A stretch of DNA of 61,040 nucleotides, counting the filler. It is 13 parts of 13 records of this genome, joined end to end, with 100 filler letters (N's around TTAATTAATTAA, not from the genome) between each part and the next. Parts side by side here need not be neighbours in the genome. Positions count along the whole stretch, not along the records: positions 21,712 to 26,701 come from SRR15195285_4528; positions 26,802 to 33,632 come from SRR15195285_4530; 11 more parts are not named here. One strand, 5' to 3'. How positions within the stretch are numbered: the first letter of the stretch is position 1; the number at the start of each line of letters is the position of its first letter. The notes beneath the pieces were generated by a model. That model was not told the DNA's origin. It did no database searches and saw only the letters and a list, made by a program, of their open reading frames with translations. Positions 22,210-33,732 of this stretch are shown in pieces. Both the position numbers and the translations under genes were made by a program.

Positions 22210-25200
22210 ATGCTTCTCCGTGCGCCGCCGCTAGCAGCGGTGGCGATCTGCCTCGGCGTGGCCCAGGCGCAGCAGCTGGACCGCTGCGAGTCCGAGTTCC
22301 AGAACTCGCGTCCCGCAAATCTGCCACGCCTGTGCTGGCCGGGCGGCTCGCTGTCGGGCAACGCGGATGAATGGAGCTGCAGCGCGGAGTGTGCAGCAGT
22401 TTTTGTGCCATTCTGGGAGGCCTGCGGCGAGACAGTCCTGGAGACGACGACCCTTGTCGGCCAAGACTTTGCCCCCTTCTACAACCTGTGTCGGGCTGGG
22501 ATGATCGGTCGCGCAGCGACGCCTCGAGCACAGCGGCGGTGCACCAGCGGGAACTTCAATACGCGGAAAGCGGCGGCAGAGGCGGTGTGCTGCCCGGACG
22601 CCGACTCGTGCGCGGGCAACCCATCCCTGCCGACGCACTGCAGCCTTCAGTGCGCTGTTGCTTATGGCGAGTTTTACGAGGACTGCGCGGCGGTGGCTGC
22701 AATCTCCCACTCTAAGGTCGTGGACAAGATGCAGCAGTTCCACCGCACATGCGTCGATGAGTCGGACACTGCGGAGCTGCTGATCGTGCTGAGCGACATG
22801 CCTCAGAACGGCTGCAGTATTGACACCAGCGGTGCGAGAGCAATCGCTGACGGTGGAACGATGATGGCAGGTGGGCAGGTCTGGCTGGGCTCGTACATCT
22901 GCGCCCAGGGCAACACGAACCTCCAGCTCGTCATCGTCGATGTCAGCGCAGAAGGCATGGTAAATGCGCTGTTCAGCTTTGAAACTGACAGTGGCTGCGC
23001 TGGCCGCTATCAGCTCTCTGGCATGATGACCGACGCGCCCGGTGGGCGACCGGGGACCATCAAGCAGCTGACTCTGGTCCCTGAGCAAGGTGGAGGCTCG
23101 TCGCAGGCAGGCTGGATCGAGAACTCGTGTGGCTACGTCAGCGTTGGGATGAGCGGAACGGTCAGCCAGGCAGACAACGGGGACCTCGTCTACCAGGGCA
23201 CCATCGACTTTGCTGGGTGCGATACTTTCCTGGTGACGTTGCCAACGGCGTCTCCGGCGCTGTTTTGTCCCAATACCGACGCGGTGAGGACAACGGCTTC
23301 ATTTTTCGCAATGAAATCCATGACTTGCCGAGACAGCCATAGGACAGCCAGATGGAGAAACTGAAACTCATTCGCGGTGTTTGTAGGGCTGGCTGCTCGG
23401 CTCTACTATGTGCTACTCGCGTTTCGAGGAGGAGATGTCTCTGGTGCGGAGCGCGGCGTGTCTGACGTCTCTAGTTTATCTTGCCCCGAGCCACACAGCT
23501 GAGGTGTCTTGGTAAATTGACTTTAAACGAATGTCGTTTTTTCCAGGAGGACGCCGAAAGATTCTGCCAGGACCTTGACGGTGCGAAAAGGCTCTTTCTT
23601 AATCGTTTTGCCAAGACAGGCTCGGACACTCGTGAAGGGAAGCATTGACATAAAGGCGTGCCCGCAGGGCTCGCGCATGTGGCCGTGGTACCGACGCTGG
23701 ATGACCTTAACTTCCTCACTGTCCAGATTGATCAGCACGGCTACCACACCTACAATCTTGGTGCGTTTCAAAACCTTCTGTCTTCTTTAGGTGTCATATA
23801 CATGGGAACGATGATTTTGTCGAGACAGGCTCGAGACACACATACGGAGCCGAACTAAAAGCAAGTGTGTCTACTGCAGGCGCAACTTGCCCTGGGACCG
23901 ACAAGACGCTGTGCAACCATATCGACGGCACCCCTGTCACAATCACGCCAGAGGGTTACTGCTTCGAGGCGCGACCGGATAGCGTCTGTGACGAGCCCGA
24001 TTCATACACCGGCAACACGCAGCTCGGGGTGAACTCCAACGGCCTTCTCGACGCAAGCCCCGCAGCGCGCCCCTTCTTCTGCAGCATGCCTCCGCAGCGC
24101 GCCTCGAGCTCTCGCGCTTGCGAGAACGATCTCAGCGGCACGTGGGAAGGTGATCAGACCTCGGGCAACAACGGCAACGGGGCATCCGGTGGCAACCGTT
24201 TCGTGACGACCATCATTGAGTCAGGTTCAACATACACAGAGGAGTTTGTCGCCTTTCGGACAGAGCACATGGAATGCTCCGATCCCTCTGGCGACGCCGA
24301 TCAGTCGACTCGGTTTCACGATGGCACCTCACAGTACGTCTCCTTTGAATCATGTCAGCAAGGCTGCCTGCACGACGACAGCTGCAACGGCATGATTGAG
24401 TACGGCACCGACATCTGTGAAACCCACATCGACCCACTGTCGCAGCGCCCGGTGTGCAGCGGTGGTCCTGGGCGTTGCATTGCGGAGAACCTCTGTACCT
24501 GTTACCTCGTGACGGGCACTTGCGCAGAGCCGATCCCACACCCTAACTATATGATCTGGCGGATGCACCGCACCCCTGCTGTCGTTTCTTCATTCACCGC
24601 ATACTGTGCCAATCAAGAACGGTGCGACTGGTTTCCACCTGGATTCGGTGGCCAGATCTCGCAAGACAGAACCCGCGTCACCCTCAGCAATGGACTCATC
24701 GGAGTGCTTGCAGAAGACGGCAACGAGATTGTCTTCGAGAACGGATTCTTCTGGACGCGTCTCTCTGAGTGTGGCTCCTTCGGGCATGAGAGAGTGCCCT
24801 TGCCTGTGCCTGGTGGCTTCGCGCCTGGCGATTCCTTGGTCTGCCAGGGTGTCTGGCCCTCCGGCGACTCGCGGTTTTCAGTCAACCTGATGACCCGTGA
24901 TGATGACATCGCTCTGCACGTCAATCCACGTGATTGCGTGAGCACGGGCGCCGCCGCCGGTGGCTGTAGCCTGTCTCCGCGTGGACAAGTTGTGCGAAAC
25001 ACCCGCGTTGGTGGGGTCTGGGGGTCTGAGGAACGGAGTGGAAGTTTGCCCCTGCGGCACGACAGCACCTTCTTGCTGCGAATCACCGCAGGCCAGACTG
25101 ACTACCGCATCACATTCGAGGGCGAGAGCACGGCTGGTGAGTATGGTGGCACTGGCACGTTCGGGCTGCTGGCCGAGGGTGCAGAGTGCAGTGACGGCAC

Positions 25201-26479
25201 AGATCCTGACCAGTCAGTCCAGTGGCGCGACGGTGTCTCTCAGTACGTTAGCTTCGACCAGTGTGAGGCGGCATGCTTGGCGGACGGCCGCTGTGCAGAC
25301 ACGATCGAGTACGGCATTGCTAGTGCTTGCACTGGCGCCGGCGCGTGCAAGTGTTGGCTGGTGCTGGAAGGCGCGTCGTGCTCGAACCCGATACCACATG
25401 CCTCGTACAGCATTTACCAGCTTGGGAGGGCCGAGCACAGCTCATCAACATTCACTTATGCCTACCGCTCCGAAGCTCCACCGAGCGCGGTAACGCATGT
25501 CGCTCAGGAGGACCACACGCTGCAGTGGTGTGATTTCAACGTCGCACCACGTGTCAACCTCGCCACGACCACCTTCCAGGGCGACACGTGGACGTTAGTG
25601 CGCCGTGTGAAGCAGGGTGACACGTGGCATCCAGCGACCGACGAGCTGCTGGGCACAGATGAGTACGGAATCTATGGCGATGCGACCAGCGACTCCACTT
25701 TCAGCATCCCGTTTGGGGACAACGGGCGCTCGGACCTGCACTGGGACAAGATCATGTTCGCGAGCGGCGACATGTCGATGTGGGTAATTTTGGACAAAGC
25801 TGAGATGGACCGCTGTACAGATGGCCACAATAAGCAGGGGCAATGGCACCCAACGATCGCGGCGGCCAGCGGCCACGCAGCACCATACTCAGTCTTGCAG
25901 TACTGCCGACGCGGAAATGAGGAAGACCCCTGGATCTCAGTGGAAGAGCATCCTTCACAGGTGGTCTACGGTGAAGGCTCTTTCAACGTCGCACAGTGGT
26001 GTGGCGGTGATGCGCAGTGCCCAGCCAGCTGCTACCTCGAGAATGCGCTGGACCCCAGCTACCAATGCCCGAACACCTGTACACACTGCAACGACGACGC
26101 CATCATTGGACACGGTGGTGCGAACGTCTGGGTCCGCATGACCACAGCGGGAGGCGGGCACCGCCGTGCTCAAGCCAACCAGTTCCATCTGCCGACCGTT
26201 GACCACTGCGCAGCCAGTCACTTGCAAGATCGACTCGAGCGTGTCAACAGCGCTTGCTGTCCAAACGGTCAGGGTTGCGATGACGGTCTGCCCGAGGCGT
26301 GCGATATCGAGTGCGCGATGGAGTACGCAAAGTTCTATTCCGATTGCTACGTGCCGTTGGTGGAAACTTTTGGCATGGACTCCAACTCGCAGTTCCAAAC
26401 GTTCCATACGACGTGCATGCACACGTTCGATACAGGGAGCTTGCTCAACACTGCCGCCACAGCCACGAACTGTCAGTGA
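22210..26479 (+). CDS. Secreted multi-lectin protein (signal peptide, Cys-rich modules, C-type lectin-like, PAN/apple-like, galectin, fibrinogen-like); 5 exons
   Basis: Introns at 23284-23386, 23444-23546, 23581-23667 and 23761-23879 join the two long ORFs through CPNTDAGW..CYSRF..AERFC..AHVA. Galectin motif IALHVNPR..VVRNT..WGSEER. Confidence 0.8.
23284..23879. mobile_element. Cluster of four introner-like introns sharing the motif TTGCCAAGACAGGCTCG(G)GACA, one copy inverted
   Basis: Copies at ~23325, ~23607 and ~23816 on +, and at 23481-23517 on - with a 12-nt insertion. Confidence 0.7.
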
Positions 26480-26981
26480 GAACGATGGCATGGGGCCCAG
26501 ACTCCGAGATGAGCTTGTGACAACAAGATAGCCGGAGAGGACCCAAATACATGGCATTGACATGTGTAGCACCTGAGACTACTATAGTAAAGCATTCCTT
26601 CGTGAGACGTAGATCCCATTACAACAGCAGGAAGTTAGGTGCACCATTCAGACCCATCACAAGTACACAAAGGTCGCGGATCACGTAACGGCGGCTTTGT
26701 ANNNNNNNNNNNNNNNNNNNNNNNNNNNNNNNNNNNNNNNNNNNNTTAATTAATTAANNNNNNNNNNNNNNNNNNNNNNNNNNNNNNNNNNNNNNNNNNN
26801 NATGAAAAAGTCAAACATGCACAGGAAACAAATACCACTCACAACCGCGCGTGCTTCGATTCGCACGTCCTGCCGCGCGTCCTGCCGACGCGTCGCGTGA
26901 GATCGCCGGCGTCTCCCGTTGTTAGCACGGCTGTGGGGGCTCAAGTATTGCGCGTGCGGCGAGCGACAGACAGTCGACGCG

Positions 26982-29900
26982 ATGGTCGCGCTGCCCGCGG
27001 CGCTTGCACTGGTGCTGGCCGTGCCGGTCGAGCGAGCGACCATTCCGTTTGGGCAGGGCTGGCGCTGGCATCTTGGCGACGCGCCCGATGGCCCTGGCTT
27101 TGGTTCAGGAGCGTTGGCAGGCTTTGTGCCACGCGCCAGCTGCACAAACATGCGCCCGCACCACGAGTGGTCGCCACAGGGAGACAAGAGCGCCGGCTAC
27201 CCTGCAGGCATCACGTCCTGTGCTGTCGCCTGCTCGTACAATGAGGCCTGCATGGCGTACGATGACCGCGACGCCTGCCGTCTCGGGTTCCGTGACGCGG
27301 TCTGCACCGGCACTGGCCCGGCGCCTCCGCCGCCCGCGCCCGCTGGAGCCTGCGAGCCCTTGAAGCTACTGAAGCATACCAGGAGTAGCCCCTGCATAAA
27401 GGTCACAACGTTCGGTTGCGTCGCTGGCCTGGAGGAAATGTGGGTCGATAAAGGTTGTGGGGGCGTGTTCGAGTGCAATGGACACAACGTCACGTGCTTG
27501 AGCGAGCAGTACGCGCGCACCACCTGCAGCTGCGCTGCACCATCTGAGCCGCCGAGCATTCGGCTCAGCTCCACGGGCTTGAAGCAGCGCGGGCCGACCG
27601 CAACCTTCCAGCACAACTTCTCGTTTGCGCAGCGCGACCACAACGACGCGGGGTGGCCGGCCGTCGCGCTGCCGCACGATCCTCTGATCAATCAAACCTT
27701 CGACCCGGCAGCTGGCGAGGGGAGCGCATTCATCCCAAGGAAAGTGGTCTGGTACCGGAAGCACTTCAGGCTCCCGGACGAGTTCCGCGGCCAGCACATC
27801 TTCCTGTACTTCGAGGGCGCCTTCCAGTTCGCGGAGGTGTATCTGAATGGGGCTCACGTTCAAGATCACTCCGTCGGCTATACGACTTTCACTGTGCGAC
27901 TAGACAACGCCACATCGCCGCTCGCATTCGGTGCCGGCGACACGAACGTGCTTGCTGTGCGTGTCGACCCAAGCTTCGGATCTGGACACTGGTACGAAGG
28001 CGGCGGGATCAATCGCCCGCTGTGGCTGGTTGTCACGCCGCTGCTGCATTTCGTCCAGGGTGGAGTGTTCCCAAATCCCAACTCGGACGGGGCGTCACTG
28101 CGTGTCTCAGTGGAGGTTGAGGATCTGAGCGCCGCGACGATGTTGCGCTCTGGCGGCAGCAGTCTCATCAGCGAGACAACAGTGGAGCACGCAGTACACC
28201 TATCGCTATGGGATGACTCGACGGGGACGATTGTGGCAGTTGCTTCGGCGGGTGTGGTGCGCAACGGCAGCGCTGTGCTGATGCCGAGGGAGCCGCTCAA
28301 GACATGGAGCCCTCAGACACCGGTCACGTACACCCTCACAGCTACTGTCGGGCAGGACGAGGTGAACGTCACTACAGGCGTGCGTGTGCTGGATTGGCAC
28401 CACGCTGGCCATAAAGCCACGCTCAACGACAAGGAGATCGAGCTCCAGGGGTTCTCACACCACCCAAGCTTCGCTGGCATGGGTGCGATGACGAACTCCC
28501 GTCTAGCACTCTTCCTCGTGCAGACCACGAAGGCGCTCGGCGTGAACTTTTGGCGCAACAGTCACAACCCGTATGAAGACTCGCTGTATGAGATGCTGAA
28601 CACACTGGGGATCATGTGCTGGGATGAGAACCGCCAGTTCGGCACGATTCACGCTCCTGAGTACCACGATATGATCAAAGCGCACCGCAGCCATCCTGCT
28701 GTGATGGTGTACGGGCTCTGCAACGAAGGGCAGTGCGGAGTGGAAAACGGATCGGCAGCAGAGAAGTTTATGGAAGTGAAGAACAGCCTGGATCCAGAAC
28801 GGCCACAAAACGGTAACTTTGTGAACGGCCAGGAGTACAACTTTCCGCACTCTGACTGGATTACACAATCCGGTAACGCGCACTTGAACGCGTGGCACCA
28901 GGAGTTCCCTAAGATGCCCATCAGTACGGGCGAGCATGGGTTTGGCAACAATCACCTGCTGTACTCGCGCGGTGAGATCGACCGACAGCTCGAGCGACTT
29001 GGGCCAAATGCATCAGATATCTTCAGCGGTGAGCTGGTTGGCCCAGCGGACGCAGGCTGGTCGAACCTTAAACCAAAGCAAACGGTGCCGTTCCTCCTCA
29101 GCAGTCACGGTCTTGGGATGTGGGCGATGATGGACTGTAAGTAGTCCAGCACTCTAGATTGATCTTGATCATCGAGAGTGGACCGATTCGCAGAACACTC
29201 ATTCTGTTTTCGTTTGCTTGCTTGCTTCTTGCACAATGATGGAATGGTTCACGCAGATTACGGTGAAGCATGGATGGGCTGGCCGACTGTGATCAAGTCT
29301 CGTGGTCACTTGGATGTCGCAGGCTTCCCTCGCTCGACAGCCTGGTGGTACAGGACAAACTTTCTGGCCAACACCCTTCCGTCAGTCAGTAATTACACGC
29401 GGCCTCTCGTAGGCGGCCAATGGTGGCTGCAAGTGCGGGCCCTTACTCCTTGCCAGTTCTTTGCCTCTACACCCGCAGTCGAGGTTTACGCAGACGACGT
29501 ATCTCAAGGTCGGAAACTGGTCAACGAATATGGAATGGTCGATCTACGGAATGGCTCTAGCGCTTGGCCGCCGGCAGCTGGGCCGAAGGTCTGCAATGTC
29601 AGTCTGGTAACGCAAGAGTCAACCCAAACGTGCTCTCTTGCGATGGGAAGCTATGGGTGCTATGATGGGATAGAGGGTATGTGGGTGGCCAAGGGATGTC
29701 GCGGGAAGTTTCTGTGCAACGGCAGGCCGACAAGCTGTGCATGTATCGGGAGTCAAGGGTGGTGCAGCAACCAGCACAACTGCAGCTGCAACCAGCAAGT
29801 CTGCCATATTGCGGCGAAGAACGTAACCGTTGTGGCGCTGGATAGCGCGGGCACGCCGGTGGGGAGCCACTCCCTCATCGCCGCGGATCAAGCCGGAGCG

Positions 29901-30541
29901 ACAGCCATGGAACTCGTAGTCGATGTTCCGTCTAAGTCAACAGGGACCGGTGAGGCTCTATACTTGGATGGGCAGGACGTACGCTACACACACGCATCTT
30001 GATCTTCCACGTCTGACTCAGCTTATGCTGTGCCCAGCGTTGAGTGCTCGCTGCAACCGTCTGACACGAGCCGAACATGAAAAATTGTCTATCGCTCCTG
30101 CAGGTGGCATTTGTTCGCGTGCAGCTGGTTGATGTGGTCGGGGTGGTCGCCAGGCATTCGGACGATAACGTGACGTGGCGCGTGGTGTCGGGGCCCATCC
30201 GTATCATCGGCGTTGGCAGCGGAAAGATCGACAACCACCAGCCAAGCCAGGGACACACGTACGAAACCTGGCAAGGGCTGGGGCGTGTGGTAGTGCAAGC
30301 GACCGTTGACTGCACAGGTACGCATCGCGCGCTCGCGAAGCAGATTGACGTTGGTGTGGAGGAGACTGTGTATCCCACGTCATGCCCAACGGAGGACGCG
30401 GTGTTGGAAGCAAGCTCCAGTAGATTCCACGCGACGGTTCGCATCCCCGTCTCAGGAGACCGAAGGGACAGCCCGCTCGAGGTAGCGAAGGCCACGAAGA
30501 GCCTAGACACGTACACTTATTTTGAGGAAGTGCAACCGTAG
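26982..30541 (+). CDS. Secreted glycoside hydrolase family 2 (beta-galactosidase-like) with two DUF3011-like Cys modules; 3 exons
   Basis: Signal peptide, VALPHD, WYRKHF, LYFEGA, HWYEGGGINR, WRNSHNP, LCNE (acid/base), GEHG (nucleophile), MDYYGE. Introns at 29137-29256 and 29979-30103. Confidence 0.9.
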
Positions 30542-31027
30542 CGCAGGTGGCACTACCAATTGCTCCTGAAATTCATGCTCGAATACAGTTTACTCTTGGT
30601 ACATCGAGACAATGTCACCCCCAGCGGCCGGCGTTGTCCGCAGTGAGGGTCTTGGGGTCGAACAATGCCCAGAAAGCGCCAATACCACCCTCAGTGCACG
30701 GGGTGCGCGGGTTGCCGTCCGCGCGGATCGCCGTCCGCCTCGTAGAATATTTTGGCCTAACGATCGTACTCACTACATGTACCATACTGATACTCAGAGA
30801 TCTGTCAATTGATGGTACAAGAGTCAAGTGTTACCGAGTGCCCAGGTTGAGCCTGATGCGATCCCGGCCGGTGAGCCGGTGGACGGATGTCGTCCGCCGG
30901 ATGTGTCCCCGCGCCGCTGCCGTGTCCGTCGCAGGTGCTGACCGTCGGAGGCGGCTGCACTATTGCTGCGCTGCTGTCCGAGCCCCCCTCAAGCAAGAGC
31001 GCTCTTAAAAGCACCTGGACGCTAGCG

Positions 31028-31798
31028 ATGCCGTGCTGCGTGGAGTGCGGGCGAGTGGCGAACGCGACGTACCGGAAGTCGCCGACGATCCGCATGAACC
31101 ACTGCAAGCACTGCAACCAGCTGATCGACAAGTACGAGGAGTACGACTTCGTGATCATCATCATTGACCTCATTCTGCACAAGTCACAGGTCTACCGTCA
31201 CCTGATCTTCAACCGCATGGAGACCTACGACGCTGGGATAGACCTAAACCTGGTGAAGCTCGCGATACTTGTCATCTTTTGCGACGGCTACATCAAGTTC
31301 TCACGAGTGCGCGCGCTCCCGTGCCTCGAGAACGGCGCGCTGCCGTCCGATATCGCTGCCACCACGCCGGTGATGCACGTCAGCTCGCCACTGGAGTTCG
31401 TGGACGTGGACATGCTTGTCTGCATCGGACTCTCGATCTTTCAGCTGGCCTTCTACCTGATGGGCGTCGTTGTTGGGGCGCGGGTACGCTTCGGTGCTGG
31501 GGCTCACGTCAAGGCGAATTATCTGGTGATGTGTGTGCTGGCCTCTTCGTTTGGCAAGGCGCTATACATGCTCATGATGGTTTGGGACTACCCACCGTCG
31601 TTTGGTGACATGATTGAATGGTTCATCCTGTCGTCGAATGTCGTAGCTCTCAGGGCATATTTTCACCCGGATGGGAACGTCGCATCATCAGCGTTCGTCG
31701 TCAGCGTCGGCTGGCTGACACGACGCACAGTCGGCTGGCTGCTCGGGCTGCTGTGCTTGAACATCGGCTGCTGCAGCTTTGTGAAGGCATTAGTTTGA
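31028..31798 (+). CDS. ARV1: ARV1-like ER sterol homeostasis protein
   Basis: CVECG..CKHCNQLIDKYEEYD..IDLILHKSQVYRHLIFN Arv1 homology domain followed by transmembrane segments. Confidence 0.92.
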   Translation: MPCCVECGRVANATYRKSPTIRMNHCKHCNQLIDKYEEYDFVIIIIDLILHKSQVYRHLIFNRMETYDAGIDLNLVKLAILVIFCDGYIKFSRVRALPCLENGALPSDIAATTPVMHVSSPLEFVDVDMLVCIGLSIFQLAFYLMGVVVGARVRFGAGAHVKANYLVMCVLASSFGKALYMLMMVWDYPPSFGDMIEWFILSSNVVALRAYFHPDGNVASSAFVVSVGWLTRRTVGWLLGLLCLNIGCCSFVKALV

Positions 31799-32607
31799 TG
31801 GCAGAGCTCTTATACTACGGAGACACTTCGTGCATCTTGCCTATCAAGTGGTGTCCGGATCCACCTTACCAGCGCTGGTCGCCGCTTATAGTGGAGCAGC
31901 AGGAGCGGAGTGCCAGGAGCTTCAGCCGGAGCCACACGAGCAGCAGTATACCCATCCGCACGGACGAGTCCAGCGCCACTATCGATTTTGGCAGGTTGAC
32001 ATGGCATAAATGCGCAGTCTGATAGCGTGGGCATTTTTCAAGCACAGCTACTGGTTGGTTGCGAACTCTGAACAGTCGCAAGTAGCCTGCTGTGTAATCA
32101 GCAGTCTCAATTGTGCAGCACAGGCACGACGAAGTTGTGCCACGCATGTAGTGGTGATCTCTCTTGCGCACCGCTTGACGCTCAGGATCGAACAGCTCTT
32201 CGGCGCGGAGCTCCGAGCCACAGGGGACTGTCGAGGCGTCAGTGGCGAAAGAGCGCTGTGGCGAAAGCGGCAGGAGTGGTAATATGGAGACACTCGATAA
32301 AGCCCGTGTACCCTTGAATGGATTCATGATTGCGCGCGAACCATCCAGCAAGTAAGCGCGATTGCGGGCGCCAAACACCGCTATCTGAAGATGATGCAAT
32401 CGTGGTGGATAGTCCACGTCGGGGTAGGCATGCAGATATCAAAACGCGCGTCGTGACCGAAACACGCCGGAGTACGAGCAGGATGCGCCGCGACACAGTC
32501 TCATAGGCAGATGTCACAGTCGACGATATCGTAGGACACCACGGCAACATACTGGCAGGAAACACAAACGGTTGTACCGGCACTTGGGTAAGAGAAGCAC
32601 ATAGTAC

Positions 32608-33513
32608 CTAAGGTACTATGTACTTCATGGCATCACTCTTCCGAAACACCGCGTCTTCGGAGCAACTATGGCACCTAAGACGCGCCTTGACACCACTTTG
32701 CTGCGAATGCAGCCGGACCTTCTCATAATGTCCTGCCGTGAGCCGGTGCGTGTTGCGTGCGGACCAAGGTGGCGCGAAAGAATACCGATGCTTCTCGTCC
32801 TGAATCGGGGCCTGTTCGCGAGCCTTGTTCTGAGAACCGCTGTCATGTGCTCTCCAAGTAGGTCTGGGAGCCACCTCTGGAGACACCCTTGCGTCGAGAT
32901 AAGCCGCGGTGGCGGATCCACTGGGCACAGCAGGCTTCGTGGGCTGCTGCATCAGCTTTATCGGCTTCAGCGAAGTTCCACAAAGACCGTCGGTAATGTT
33001 CCGGTCCACGGGTTCCGCTGCTTCAGCTGGCGCTCCTGCCCCATCGTGCCTACGTCGAGCACCAAATTGGACGGGTCGCCCATTGCTTCGCCAGATGTAC
33101 TGCCGTCGCGCCACCGTCCACACCTTGGGCTCGGCCGCTGATGTGGCCGCACCGGTACGCTCCGCCGCGGGCGCGGATTGTGGTCGTTCGGTCATATGGC
33201 CACAGCCATGTCGCCTGGCCTGCTCGAAGCACGGGGTCCGTCTCGTGCGCAGATGACCAGGTCCCACCACCTGAATGTTCTCCACCACTGGTTGCAGCTG
33301 CTCGACCACGCTGGCCGTTCGGCCCTGGCGAATCGTACCGGAACGTACGACCCACCGTCCCGCCTCCGGTCGGTCGGCACGAGGACGGGCTGGCCTTCTG
33401 TTCAGGAGCTGACTAGGACGACCGGCACCGCCTGGGCATCGCAGCGAGCCTGGCTTTCTCGTGGAGGGCGCCTCCTGCTGCCGCTGCTGCCCCTGCTGCC
33501 CGTACCCCACCAT
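32608..33513 (-). CDS. Hypothetical basic, disordered protein
   Basis: ATG-started ORF of about 300 aa with no recognisable domain. Confidence 0.35.
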   Translation of the reverse strand: MVGYGQQGQQRQQEAPSTRKPGSLRCPGGAGRPSQLLNRRPARPRADRPEAGRWVVRSGTIRQGRTASVVEQLQPVVENIQVVGPGHLRTRRTPCFEQARRHGCGHMTERPQSAPAAERTGAATSAAEPKVWTVARRQYIWRSNGRPVQFGARRRHDGAGAPAEAAEPVDRNITDGLCGTSLKPIKLMQQPTKPAVPSGSATAAYLDARVSPEVAPRPTWRAHDSGSQNKAREQAPIQDEKHRYSFAPPWSARNTHRLTAGHYEKVRLHSQQSGVKARLRCHSCSEDAVFRKSDAMKYIVP

Positions 33514-33732
33514 GGCTGAGGCTGAGGAGCTACTAGCTAGTAGATCGCTCTTAGTACGTAGTAGTGCGTTTCCTGTGTGTGTACCCTGTACCGCACGCAT
33601 TCCACGTCCCTGTTAAAACACCGATGACTGAANNNNNNNNNNNNNNNNNNNNNNNNNNNNNNNNNNNNNNNNNNNNTTAATTAATTAANNNNNNNNNNNN
33701 NNNNNNNNNNNNNNNNNNNNNNNNNNNNNNNN

